Notes: generated by a model from the letters alone, not told the origin. Positions 1 to 9,668 are shown, counted from the stretch's first letter. The stretch: 20,000 nt of DNA from Promethearchaeati archaeon SRVP18_Atabeyarchaeia-1 (GCA_037308085.1 CP147779.1:777527-797526); one strand, 5' to 3'. Made by a program: numbers and translations.

Positions 1-1
1 C

Positions 2-835
2 AGCCATTGGGCGAATGTGGTCAACCTTTACAAGAATGTGACACGAGAAGTATCCATCGCGATGCCAGGAAAATACGTCGCGATTCCAGACAGCTATGTC
101 AGCATCAACGAGGCTTTAAGGCATGCTGGCGCGGCTTCCAGCGCGACCGCAAAGATCAACTGGATAGATACGGAGCTAATTGAGAAAGAGCCAGAGAAAA
201 GGAAAGATCTTCTGAAATACGACGGAATCCTTGCGACGCCGGGATTTGGCGGGAGAGGCGTGGAAGGAATGATCTTGACTGCTCAGACGGCTCTGGAATT
301 CGGGATGCCTTACCTAGGAATATGCTACGGCGCGCAAATGCTCTTCATCGCATTCTGCAGAACGGTGTTGGGCTTAAAGAATGCCAACACGACTGAAGTC
401 GAGCCCGAGACACCGTTCCCCGTAGTTGACTTCCTTCCAGAACAGAAGCTAATAGATAGCAAGGGCGGGACGATGAGGCTAGGAGGGCACGTTGTTAAAA
501 TAAAGAAAGGAACCAAACTCTACAGCGCCTACGGGAAAGACGCGGTTGTCGAACGGTTCAGGCACAGATATCATCTAATAAGCGATTACATGCAGCAAGC
601 GGAGAAAGCCGGGCTCGTAGTATCAGCTTATGATGAAACAGGCAAGATCATCAACGCTATCGAAATTGGAGGGAACGCATGGATCTTGGGGGTTCAGTTT
701 CACCCCGAGTTCACCAGCAGACCTGATAATCCGAACCCTCTTTACTCTGCGTTTATTAGGGCCGCGATAGAATGGAGAGACGGAGGGAAGAAGACCAATC
801 CCCTCAAATTGGCCGAAGTAGGTTCAAGGCAATGA
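2..835 (+). CDS. pyrG: CTP synthase, C-terminal glutamine amidotransferase part (5' truncated by window edge)
   Basis: The frame is open from base 2 (SHWANVVNLYKNVTREVSIAMPGKYVAIPDSYVSINEALRHAG...). It contains the GATase motifs GICYGAQ and GVQFHPEF. The stop overlaps the next ATG (ATGA). Confidence 0.95.
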   Translation, partial: SHWANVVNLYKNVTREVSIAMPGKYVAIPDSYVSINEALRHAGAASSATAKINWIDTELIEKEPEKRKDLLKYDGILATPGFGGRGVEGMILTAQTALEFGMPYLGICYGAQMLFIAFCRTVLGLKNANTTEVEPETPFPVVDFLPEQKLIDSKGGTMRLGGHVVKIKKGTKLYSAYGKDAVVERFRHRYHLISDYMQQAEKAGLVVSAYDETGKIINAIEIGGNAWILGVQFHPEFTSRPDNPNPLYSAFIRAAIEWRDGGKKTNPLKLAEVGSRQ

Positions 836-2013
836 GTGGAAGGCAGGGTAGCAGGAATCCCTTTGAACTCGATGAGACTGTCAAGAGCATCGCATCAGAA
901 ATAAGGAGACTCGAAGAAGATAGAAGCAAGCTGGCTACAGCTCTCAGGGATGTAAGACGCAGTCTGGAATTCACTATTCTCTCTCCGCAGATCATCAGGG
1001 ACATTCTCGAAGAGAGGTTTTCTTACGAAGTCAAACGCACGGATCTTGTGGGACTTCGAGTCGCAGGAATAGATGGAGGCATAGTGGCGCGATCGTACCA
1101 GAACATAGACCTAATACTCACTAGGGCAGTAGGAGCCATCTTTACCTATAGGCCGGGTGGCAAGCTTGAGGTTGGATACTTTCCGGAGGAAACACCTCTC
1201 CCAAGCATAATCTCAAATCTCATGCCTTCCTCGGTCTCAGATTTCGAGCTCAGAGCATCGATCGAGAGGATTACTTGTGAGTTGCAGCTTGCCATAGCTT
1301 TGCAGGATTATGCCAAGGTTGACCTTATCATTCTCGACGGATCGATCGTGCCCCAGCTCAGCGACAGGCCCCCATTTTACTCAACGCTAGGGAGTAGATA
1401 CAGGAAAGTCGTGGACCTGTATGAAACGCTTTACAGACTGTGCATGGATACGGGGACGCTTCTGGCTGGCGTTGTAGAAGACAGCCGGAGCATAAGGTAC
1501 ATGCAAATCCTCGGTAGATTGCTCCCTCACCTGATAGAGAAAGTGCCATCACTTAAGAAGATCCTTGAATTCGATTACAGGAGGGTCGTCCAGCAGACCA
1601 AGGACGCTGATCTTTTGGAGAAGGTGCTGGATCCGGGAGAGAGGACGTCGGTCTTCCACTACGCGGAGTCTGACTCAGATTACTCAGCTTTTGGCGACTT
1701 TAGTAGCAAGACGTGGGCAGATCTCGTGAATGTTTTCTATCTTAGAACCGTGGAGTTCGACAAACCGATCAGGGTCGAATATTTGGGAACGGGATCCAAC
1801 AAGGTTCTGACGGCTAGAAAGATAGCGTCGGCAATCTATCCTCTTTCATGTCATCATGCGCAATACGGTATCCCCTCAGTTCTGATTGAGGCGGATGCAA
1901 GGGCACACCTGCGTGACGGTGACATAGAGATAATATACGAGCAGCTTATCGAGAAAACTGGCAACCCTCTGATGCTAGCCAAGATTAGAAGGGAAAGGCG
2001 ACCATTCTGGTAA
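832..2013 (+). CDS. nurA: NurA 5'-3' nuclease domain protein
   Basis: ATG at 832 (ATGA overlap with pyrG) gives MSGRQGSRNPFELDE. NurA-type motifs are AGIDGG, LIILDGSIVP, VEDSRS and HHAQYGIPSVLIEADARAHL. It lies directly upstream of herA. Confidence 0.9.
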   Translation: MSGRQGSRNPFELDETVKSIASEIRRLEEDRSKLATALRDVRRSLEFTILSPQIIRDILEERFSYEVKRTDLVGLRVAGIDGGIVARSYQNIDLILTRAVGAIFTYRPGGKLEVGYFPEETPLPSIISNLMPSSVSDFELRASIERITCELQLAIALQDYAKVDLIILDGSIVPQLSDRPPFYSTLGSRYRKVVDLYETLYRLCMDTGTLLAGVVEDSRSIRYMQILGRLLPHLIEKVPSLKKILEFDYRRVVQQTKDADLLEKVLDPGERTSVFHYAESDSDYSAFGDFSSKTWADLVNVFYLRTVEFDKPIRVEYLGTGSNKVLTARKIASAIYPLSCHHAQYGIPSVLIEADARAHLRDGDIEIIYEQLIEKTGNPLMLAKIRRERRPFW

Positions 2014-2055
2014 TCCTAAAGGTTATCTATTCCCATCTGAATGATAAGGTGAAAA

Positions 2056-3576
2056 GTGAAGATGCAAGGAAAGGAAATCGGATCGGTGGTTTGCACTATT
2101 GATGGGCCAAGCTCAACAGAGTTTAGCTTCGTTGTGACAAGATCGACTGAGGGCGATGTACCAGTCAGGAGAGGACAGCTCGTTGAGCTCAAGGGAGAAG
2201 AAGGGGAAGTCATAGGATCCGTAACTGAGATCCTGAAGACCAACAGGTACTTCGAGAGGGCTGAGGCTGTCAAGGAATTTGAGAGAAGCGCCCCAATTAG
2301 GACAATCTTTCCAGTTGACAGGTGGGAATATGTAATCGCAACTGCAAAATTGATGGGGGTGCGCAACAGTGCAAACGGAAGATTCGTGAAGGCGGATTAC
2401 CCACCAAGCCCCGGTGAAAAAGTCTACCTAGCTGAGGATGAACTGATATCCGACATTTTGGGTTTCGAACGCGAGGATGGGTTATACCTCGGAACGCTCT
2501 ACCAGCACAGCACGAAAGTGAGCCTTAATCTCACGAGGCTTCTGCAGAAACATGCCGCCTTACTCGGAATCTCCGGCGGAGGGAAGTCGTATCTTGCCTC
2601 TGTGATGATCGAGGAGTTGCTCTCGCGAAGAAAGGAGCAGGGGCGTTTAGCCATAGTTGTCGTTGATGTTCACGGAGAGTACACTTCTCTTGCAGAGAAA
2701 CCCAGTGAAACCAGCATTGAGGATTACTCGGGTAGGGTTACAGTCGTCAAGGGGAGTTACTTTGAAATCGCCGCGCGCCACCTGAGTCCGGTCCTGATGA
2801 TGGAGCTCGCTCCTCAGATGTCGGTGATCCAAGCTAGGGAACTAAGCAGAATATTCGATGGCGTGAAGAAGAGGTCGATGGAGTCGAAACAGCCATTCTC
2901 CTTGCCAGACATAATCAAAGACGTGGAATCAGACGAACACATAAATCCAAGGAGCAAGGAGGCTTTACTGGGGTGGCTCTTTGACCTCGAGAGCCTGAAA
3001 ATCGTCGGACGTGAAGAGAACCCTAGCCTCGACGACGCGTTGGCGCCTGGTAAAGCGGTGATAATTGATCTCAGCGACACCGTGAATCTGCGCAGGAAGC
3101 AGATTATCGTCACCTATCTCGCAACGAGGCTGTTCTCGCTGAGGAGAAGAGAAGAGGTTCCTCCCTTTGTGATGATCCTAGAAGAGGCACACCAGTTTTG
3201 CCCTGAAGGAAGCAAGATCCGCGCGCCTTCGAGAGGGATCATTGAGACGATAGCGAGGGAAGGAAGGAAATTCTTTGCATCACTTGTCCTGATCAGCCAG
3301 AGGCCAGTAAGGCTATCAACAACAGTGTTATCACAGTGCAACACTCACATCGTGATGAGGGTTACAAACCCCTATGACCTTCAGCATATCGGTGAGAGCA
3401 GTGAGGGTATTGATCGTCCTGCTCTCGACATTATCTCGTCCCTGCGGGCAGGGGAAGCGCTCATAGTGGGCTCAGCAGTGAATTTTCCGATCTTCATGTC
3501 AATAAGAAAAAGGAAGTCCAACGAGCCTCGGCTTTCAAGAAGCCTTGAAGAGGTTGCTAGGCGCTTCGATTCCTAG
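2056..3576 (+). CDS. herA: HerA-family DNA translocase/helicase
   Basis: Walker A-like LLGISGGGKSYLASVM, Walker B-like FVMILEEAHQFCPEGS, and IETIAREGRKF...LISQRPVRLSTTVLSQCNTHIVMR. Start is GTG 2056 or ATG 2062. Confidence 0.95.
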   Translation: MKMQGKEIGSVVCTIDGPSSTEFSFVVTRSTEGDVPVRRGQLVELKGEEGEVIGSVTEILKTNRYFERAEAVKEFERSAPIRTIFPVDRWEYVIATAKLMGVRNSANGRFVKADYPPSPGEKVYLAEDELISDILGFEREDGLYLGTLYQHSTKVSLNLTRLLQKHAALLGISGGGKSYLASVMIEELLSRRKEQGRLAIVVVDVHGEYTSLAEKPSETSIEDYSGRVTVVKGSYFEIAARHLSPVLMMELAPQMSVIQARELSRIFDGVKKRSMESKQPFSLPDIIKDVESDEHINPRSKEALLGWLFDLESLKIVGREENPSLDDALAPGKAVIIDLSDTVNLRRKQIIVTYLATRLFSLRRREEVPPFVMILEEAHQFCPEGSKIRAPSRGIIETIAREGRKFFASLVLISQRPVRLSTTVLSQCNTHIVMRVTNPYDLQHIGESSEGIDRPALDIISSLRAGEALIVGSAVNFPIFMSIRKRKSNEPRLSRSLEEVARRFDS

Positions 3577-3582
3577 TGCCTG

Positions 3583-3858
3583 CTAGCGAAATGCTATAAT
3601 AACCCTGTCGACGGCGGGCTCGCAGATCTTACGTACACCGTGGACTCCGGGTTCGTAGCGGGCTTTCACTAAGCCAGCTTCTTCAAGAATCTTGATCTGC
3701 GCTGATATGTTTGCCTCAGTCTGGCTCAGAGTGAGTGCGATTCTGCTGACATCGATTCCTCTTCTCTGAAGCAGTTTCATTATCTCCCATCGTGTCGGAG
3801 ATGCAAGGGCTTTGGCCAGTTTGGACACGTCATCGCCGCTGATCTCGATCTCGGACAT
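3583..3858 (-). CDS. Small winged-helix (ArsR-like) transcriptional regulator
   Basis: LAKALASPTRWEIMKLLQRRGIDVSRIALTLSQTEANISAQIKILEEAGLVKARYEPG is a typical wHTH signature. Confidence 0.8.
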   Translation of the reverse strand: MSEIEISGDDVSKLAKALASPTRWEIMKLLQRRGIDVSRIALTLSQTEANISAQIKILEEAGLVKARYEPGVHGVRKICEPAVDRVIIAFR

Positions 3859-4036
3859 TTTGCATCAACTCACTAGATTAGCTACAGCCTGAAACAGCGA
3901 CCGCGTTGGCGGTTGTTCTGTTCTGCTATACATTTAGTCCTCTCACTATTTAATATTTGCTTTGTCTATACAATGATCCCGGCGTTTCTATGCTTAAGAA
4001 AGTCTTTAAGCTTAGCAGCTCACTATTTTGCTCTTG

Positions 4037-5021
4037 ATGGCGAGAGATGATTTCACCCAATTCATGAAACCTCTAAGAAGGAGGTATCCAGAGATTCGCT
4101 CAGCAAGGATCTTCAGAACGATAGACGACATGGACACGAAGATACTTGGATCAATAGAGCTAGGGATGCGGAGATTCGAGTTTGTTCCAATAGAAGAGTT
4201 GCTGAAGATGACTAGGCTTTCGAGGAACGACCTTGACTTCCGTCTTTCAAAGCTTCTCAAGAAGGAGTTGGCTAGACGCTGGGTTGGTTCGTACGTTGGC
4301 TTTGAAGTTAGTCAGGTTGGCTATGACTGCCTAGCGTTTCATGCGTTAGTCAAGGAGAACGTGCTGGAAGCTATAGGTCCGCCCGTGGGCGTCGGGAAGG
4401 AATGCACATGCCGCCAACTACGGCCTGCAGAGTGGTCAGCAGTGCACTGAGTCTGACGTCTACAGGGTTTCATTGACCTCAGGGGAACCCGCAGTCATCA
4501 AGCTCCACAGACATGGCAGAACGAGTTTCCGAACTGTAAGGAGGACAAGGGGATATGTAGCTGACAGAAGGCATACATCCTGGCTGTATATCTCGAGACT
4601 GGCAGCGACAAGAGAATATTTGGGGCTTCAGAGGCTCTACCCTGCCGGGGTATCCGTTCCCAAACCCATTGCCCAGAACAGGCATGCTATTGTAATGGGG
4701 GTAATCGAAGGTAACTCACTGGCGGAGTGCCATGTCCTGCGCAGACCTTCCAGAATGCTAGATGAAATCATCGAGAATATTAAGAAGGCCTACATCAAGG
4801 CTGACATTATTCATGCAGATCTGAGCGAGTATAATGTTCTGGTGACGCCGAAACTCAAGACTCTAATTATCGATTGGCCTCAATGGATTAGCTCAAACCA
4901 TCCCAACTGGCGCTTCTACCTTGAGAGAGATCTGACGAACATACTGAATTTCTTCGAAAGAAAATTCGGAATAAGGAAGGAACTCTCAGAAGTTTTTGCT
5001 TACGTGACGTCTCCCAAGTGA
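4037..5021 (+). CDS. rio2: RIO2-type serine kinase, reading frame interrupted by a 49-nt insertion
   Basis: Exon 1 ends ...GFEVSQVGYDCLAFHALVKENVLEAIGPPVGVGKE. The second part, in a different frame, resumes SDVYRVSLTSGEPAVIKLHRHGRTSFRTVRRTRGY...HTSWLYISRLAATREY...IIHADLSEYNVLV...IIDWPQW. Joining across the insertion (about 4403..4451) restores the RIO2 motif GVGKESDVY. Confidence 0.85.
4403..4451 (+). other. Candidate archaeal intron in rio2 (49 nt; boundaries ambiguous by up to 3 nt)
   Basis: The frame-disrupting 49-nt insert sits exactly between GVGKE and SDVY. It begins near an internal stem UGCAC(4403-4407)/GUGCA(4442-4446). Flanking GGCGUC/GACGUC can pair outside it. I found no canonical 3-4-3 BHB. 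Confidence 0.5.
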
Positions 5022-5641
5022 CATGCGTCAGCCAATCGGCTTCAGAATTGTCTGAGAGAAATACCGAGAAAACAATTGTTAAAGGAACCGATGATTCCCC
5101 AGCCACTAACGCTTGCCACCATCCATAGGCTTACGCCTTACGCTCAGACAAGTTCTCTCTGTGAGGGGAATGTTAGGGTTCGGTTCCCACGCACGGTCTG
5201 TACCCCTTTTGGGTATGGCTTTATGCGCGCACCAACCATTATTTGAATGCGCTCTGCACTCATTTCCTGGCGAATCGCCGGAAGGATTCGTGTCGAGTCC
5301 GTTCTAAGGGGTAGTTTCGACCATGCAGCTCCGGTGTTGCCTATCCCCTTGCTCCAGTTATCATCGATTCAAACTGGTCCTCTTTAGGAAGGCTACCGTC
5401 CCTTCATCGCTAAGAACACTACAGGAACTGATTTGGTTAAAAGGACTACTCTCTACGAAGAGATGCAGAGCGTCAGATGATCCGTCTTGTTTTTCGTGGC
5501 TTCTTGGCAACCAAAGAGAGAAGGGCGATGGTAAGAATCGTTGCCTTCTCCCTGTTGGAAAACATGTCTCCTCGATTCACACCGTTTATGACTATTCAAG
5601 ATACCTTGGTTTTGGAATGATAGAAAAAGAAAGAAATGGAG

Positions 5642-6748
5642 TTAGGCTGGGCGTATGTTCGTCTGTTCTGTTCGAAGTGGGGTTGGTTGGTTCTCTTTTG
5701 GTTGTTTCTCTGTTCTGTGTTTCTCATAGTATACTCTCGTCCAGTAACCTCGCGTTGGTTTTTGAATACCGAGTCTATCACATCTTCTCGTTACCGCTCC
5801 ATCTGTAACGTTGTACCTGGTAGCAATGTGTATCAAGGGCATTTCTTGCACTAATCGTTCTGGTTCTTCCTTCGTGATTGCTCTCCATTCACTCTGTAGT
5901 TCTCTTCTTCTTTGAATCTTCTCGGGTGTGTGAGCTTCAGCGGCTCTACGTGCTTTTTCCTTTGGATCACATGGAAACCATCGTTTTCTAGGCATGCTCT
6001 GAGTGTAGTTCTTCATCATCTCATTGAACAACCTGGCACCAAGGCACATGATGCATTCAGTTCCCTTTGTCTTTCGACCAAGTATCACTTCTTCGTCTGC
6101 GCGTCTATGAATCCTGTATCCCAGATCAAACCTATCTTTGACCTGTTCCACAAATCGGATGTTGCCAGACGTGATCGCTGTCGTATGCTGTATTCCGTCG
6201 CCGTCATAGTAGCCTAGTAGAAAGGCGAGTTCCAGATCTCTGCGAGGCAACTTCGGATATTCAATTCGCTTTGATTTTCTAGGGATAAGTCCATGTGTCA
6301 GAAGATCGTTGCCCATTTTTCTGCAGGCGAAGATAATCAGAGTTGATACCTTTCCGTTCTTCTCCGTCACGTGTTTCTTTTTGTCTTTGTTAAGCCCAAG
6401 GCAGTCGCAGTACTTTTCGATCGTTTCTTCGTCTTTTTGACTAAGCTTCATTACAATTTCCATTGCTCCAGTTCTAGAGTCTCTCTTGATGCAGCCGTCG
6501 GCGAAGAGAAATCCTAGCCAATATGCTTTCTCTTTCGTGTCTATTTTGCCAAAGTAATTGAGTTTCAGGTTCGGGTGGACTGTATTCGCTTTCCACTTCT
6601 CGTACCATCGCTCCATCTGAACATTCTTCCTCCAGGTGCTCTTTGTCATATGGTTTTTCAGTCCCTTCTCTCTCTGCAACGTTCTACGAGTCACAGCGCC
6701 TGGGGAAAGGCTTCGCACAGTGAATACATCCTTTAATGTGCACATCAC
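5642..6748 (-). CDS. LAGLIDADG homing endonuclease
   Basis: Two LAGLIDADG-like motifs, KEKAYWLGFLFADGCI and LELAFLLGYYDGDGI. A C-terminal HTH-like segment reads IHIATRYNVTDGAVTRRCDRLGI. The true start may be an internal Met. Confidence 0.88.
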   Translation of the reverse strand: MMCTLKDVFTVRSLSPGAVTRRTLQREKGLKNHMTKSTWRKNVQMERWYEKWKANTVHPNLKLNYFGKIDTKEKAYWLGFLFADGCIKRDSRTGAMEIVMKLSQKDEETIEKYCDCLGLNKDKKKHVTEKNGKVSTLIIFACRKMGNDLLTHGLIPRKSKRIEYPKLPRRDLELAFLLGYYDGDGIQHTTAITSGNIRFVEQVKDRFDLGYRIHRRADEEVILGRKTKGTECIMCLGARLFNEMMKNYTQSMPRKRWFPCDPKEKARRAAEAHTPEKIQRRRELQSEWRAITKEEPERLVQEMPLIHIATRYNVTDGAVTRRCDRLGIQKPTRGYWTRVYYEKHRTEKQPKENQPTPLRTEQTNIRPA

Positions 6749-6769
6749 AGGAATGCTCGCTAGCTATGG

Positions 6770-7053
6770 TTGCTTTCTCAACAGACTCTTCCCATGGCTT
6801 GAAGCTGGTGGGCTTTCCGTTTCGTTTGCTTCTTCTCCGCCCGTCGCCGGGTCGGTGGTTCCGGAAAGCCTATTGTGGAAGTTGCGGCTCCCGGGCTTTC
6901 GCGCGCCGCGCTTTTCCAGCCCGCTCACCTCGCCAGGCGTGGTGGGTTACGCTTCGCGTCTCGGTGCTCGGAGACCACCATCCGCCCTGGGAAACAGAGA
7001 CTCAGGCTCTTTGCATCGGGGGCGCCACCCCGCGCGGTCTCACCCCAAGGCCC
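6770..7053 (-). ncRNA. Candidate GC-rich structured RNA, class not identified
   Basis: The segment is locally very GC-rich with dense nested stems: CGGGG/CCCCG, GUCUC/GAGAC, ACGC(GAA)GCGU, CGGGCU/AGCCCG, GCGC(GGC)GCGC and CCCG(GCGA)CGGG with a GNRA loop. A TATA-like box (minus CTTAAATAC, about 7075-7083) lies about 25 nt upstream of the apparent RNA start near 7053. Confidence 0.45.
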
Positions 7054-7074
7054 AAAGAAATACGCGCAACGGAA

Positions 7075-7083
7075 GTATTTAAG
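7075..7083 (-). promoter_or_regulatory. TATA-like box for the GC-rich RNA candidate
   Basis: Minus strand CTTAAATAC about 25 nt upstream of GGGCCTTGGGG. Confidence 0.4.
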
Positions 7084-7158
7084 CCAACCATCTGGCGGGC
7101 ATGGTTCTTCCCACCCCTGAAGGGAGTGGGCTTCCCTGCGACAGAATTGTAAAGCTGG

Positions 7159-7842
7159 TCACGTTCGCATCTCTCTTGAATCGCTGAAGACGATGCCGCT
7201 GGCACTCATTTCCCGCAGAACGCGGGGGACAATACCGTCGGGCGCTCCAACTGGTCGTGTGAGATCAATGACGAGGACAGAATCGAAGCCTAGCCTCTTT
7301 CCATCCATTGCGCTGTAGAAGACGCAGTAGTCCAGCGCAAGACCGCATAGGAATATTCGCTTGATCCCGACGGTGCGCAGGTACCCTGAAAGCCCAGTCT
7401 CGGTTTTCTTGTCGTTTTCAACGAAGGCTGAATAGCTGTCAATGTTTTGATTGGTTCCTTTGCGAATTATGAGCCGGGCGAATCTCGTATCTAAGGTGGG
7501 ACTAAAGTCTGCTCCAGTTGTCCCACAAACGCAATGGTCTGGCCAAAGAATGGGACCGATTCCCTCAGCCGAATACGGCTCATAGGGCTTCTTCCCCTTA
7601 TGTGCGCTGGCAAAAGACTCGTGATTGGGGGTATGCCAATCCTGAGTGAGGATAATGCTGCCACCTGCAGCATGAAACCTGTCAGCCAGCTGATTCACGC
7701 CGGGCACGATAAGATCCCCCTCCGCCACGGGCAGAGCACCACGAGGCATGAAGTCGTTCTGCACATCGACAATGATCAGTGCATCATTAGGGCGGATTCC
7801 CATCGCCTTCTCAATTCGTACTTTTGAGACATCCACGGGCAT
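7159..7842 (-). CDS. pncA: Nicotinamidase/pyrazinamidase (isochorismatase-like)
   Basis: ALIIVDVQNDFMPRGALPV, ILTQDWHTPNHESFA, LWPDHCVCGTTGADF, and IFLCGLALDYCVFYSAMDGKRLGFDSVLVIDLTRPV. Confidence 0.93.
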   Translation of the reverse strand: MPVDVSKVRIEKAMGIRPNDALIIVDVQNDFMPRGALPVAEGDLIVPGVNQLADRFHAAGGSIILTQDWHTPNHESFASAHKGKKPYEPYSAEGIGPILWPDHCVCGTTGADFSPTLDTRFARLIIRKGTNQNIDSYSAFVENDKKTETGLSGYLRTVGIKRIFLCGLALDYCVFYSAMDGKRLGFDSVLVIDLTRPVGAPDGIVPRVLREMSASGIVFSDSREMRT

Positions 7843-7983
7843 ACACTTCCAGTATCCATTCCAAGGATCAAGCCAAGCAACAAGTCATCGAAACAGAAGG
7901 AAACGAAAAGGGAATTTAAGATTTGTCCGGCAGAATTGGCAACAGAAGATCGGGGTGAAGGGTCTTCAGATAAGGCATCTTGT

Positions 7984-9654
7984 CTACCTTTCAGTTTGAA
8001 ATGTTCCAATGTTAACCTCAAATGCTACAACTGGATATTCCAGTTCGAAGTTTGTGATCACTTCGGGATGAAGCTCACCGAGGACGGCTACCCTCTTGCC
8101 TCCCAGAAAACCCGCGGCGACCCTTCCTCGTATGAAACTTGGGTTCTCTATTGGCGCAAAAGATAGCTGACTTGTATCTCTGACGAACCCGCTCACGTAG
8201 GCTGTGAAAACAGATTTTATCTCTGCAAAACTGGCAGTCGGGTGTGTCGCGGCTGCGCCACAGTGCAGTTCTTGACCTACGCCGGTCTCAGATCCCAGAT
8301 TTGGGCAGCCCACATCCCCAACCTCAAATATTCTCTGAGGAAGCTTCTCATGCTTATTCGTTCTAAGTGTCTTAACCAAGCCTGGCAACAGTGATTCTCT
8401 CAAGATGGTGTACTCGGAGCTCACCGGATTGCGTAGCTTGATCAGAGGAGTCCCCGCTGTCCTCATGTACTCGAAGTGCTCTATTTCGTTGGTCAATGTG
8501 AAGTTCATGATTTCCTGATACCCTAACCCAATCATTAGTCGCCTGCTGAAGGCTTCAAGTCGTCTCGAGGGATGCGTTTTTCCTATCGTTAAAGATGAGG
8601 GCAACTTGGGCCTTATTTTTGAGTATCCGTAACCTATGGCAACTTCCTCGGCTAGATCCACTTCGTGAAGCACATCGACTCTGTAAGCAGGCACCAATAC
8701 GCCTAGCTTGTCCTCGTCGATTTTCTTTACGCCGAATCGGGATTTTCTGAGGCACATTCCGATCTCGTCTTGTGAGAGTTGAAGTCCAAGTAACCTGTTG
8801 GCATAGGCAGATGAGAGTGATAATTCCATGGGCTCAAGAATCGGCGTGGTGGTTTTCTTCTCGCCTTCGGCCACAATGATGGATTCTACTTTTCCTCCCA
8901 TCTCGGCAAGCTGGGTGACGACCAAGTTTAATGCGCCGTTGACTGAGTTGTGGGACGTCCCGGTGACATCTATGAAGAGATTCCTGGTGTTCTCTGTGAC
9001 TTGGGTCACAGTCCCATTGATTATGGGCGGGAAGGATAGAACTTGGTCGTTCCTGTCAACTATAATCGGGAATCTTGAGTGACCTTCGACTAGATGCTTG
9101 TATGCTATCCCTTTTGGATGGGTAGACAGGATCTCGTCTAGGTCTTCTGGCTTGTCTCCTCCGAGCGGGGTAAACTTGATTGACTTTGGGTCGATGGCTT
9201 TGTACTTGAAAGGTGGGACCACTCTATCTAGATCGTGCAGTCCTATCGACGCTTTTCGCCGATCCCTCCCGATGGCCCAGTGGATGTCTTCTTGGGCAGC
9301 CATCAACTCCTCGATGTCGGAGCCAGATAGCCTGATGTCCCTGCAGATTGCGCCAACGATATCTGGTCTTACACTCTTGACTGACTGCTCTACAACTAGG
9401 TAGACGTTCCCCTTTTTGACTTCATACTTGGGCAGTCCGACTTCTATCTCCTGCAATCCTTTGAGTGCCCTAGCGACTCCTTGCTGGCTGGAGAAATCAG
9501 GTCTGTTCGGATTGTACTCTATTCTGATCCAGTCTTGGCCTTCATCCTCGATCTCCACGCCGATCCAAGGCACTATCTCCTCAAGCTGTTTCAGGCTGAG
9601 GGGCTTGCCGATTAGCGAGGACATCTTGTCGATAGCTAACTTGACTACTGGCAC
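7984..9654 (-). CDS. pheT: Phenylalanyl-tRNA synthetase beta subunit
   Basis: MPVVKLAIDKMSSLIGKPLSLKQLEEIVPWIGVEIED..., PNRPDFSSQQGVARALKG, and the typical archaeal PheT domain order. Directly downstream of pheS. Confidence 0.93.
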   Translation of the reverse strand: MPVVKLAIDKMSSLIGKPLSLKQLEEIVPWIGVEIEDEGQDWIRIEYNPNRPDFSSQQGVARALKGLQEIEVGLPKYEVKKGNVYLVVEQSVKSVRPDIVGAICRDIRLSGSDIEELMAAQEDIHWAIGRDRRKASIGLHDLDRVVPPFKYKAIDPKSIKFTPLGGDKPEDLDEILSTHPKGIAYKHLVEGHSRFPIIVDRNDQVLSFPPIINGTVTQVTENTRNLFIDVTGTSHNSVNGALNLVVTQLAEMGGKVESIIVAEGEKKTTTPILEPMELSLSSAYANRLLGLQLSQDEIGMCLRKSRFGVKKIDEDKLGVLVPAYRVDVLHEVDLAEEVAIGYGYSKIRPKLPSSLTIGKTHPSRRLEAFSRRLMIGLGYQEIMNFTLTNEIEHFEYMRTAGTPLIKLRNPVSSEYTILRESLLPGLVKTLRTNKHEKLPQRIFEVGDVGCPNLGSETGVGQELHCGAAATHPTASFAEIKSVFTAYVSGFVRDTSQLSFAPIENPSFIRGRVAAGFLGGKRVAVLGELHPEVITNFELEYPVVAFEVNIGTFQTER

Positions 9655-9668
9655 CTGTATGCACCTCT

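Noticed and set aside
5113-5854. ORFs 5113..5307, 5323..5808 and 5636..5854 (+)
   Set aside because: No domain signature. They lie over the structured flank or antisense to the LAGLIDADG gene.
6770-7053. Assignment of the GC-rich RNA to SRP RNA or RNase P RNA
   Set aside because: The SRP helix 8 motif and RNase P CR-I/CR-V were not found in correct context. It is left as unidentified pending a covariance search.
6636-7152. Overlapping + strand ORFs 6636..7082, 6736..7152 and 6875..7120
   Set aside because: Low-complexity Arg/Pro/Gly-rich translations over the GC-rich stem-rich segment, antisense to the candidate RNA, with no protein motifs.
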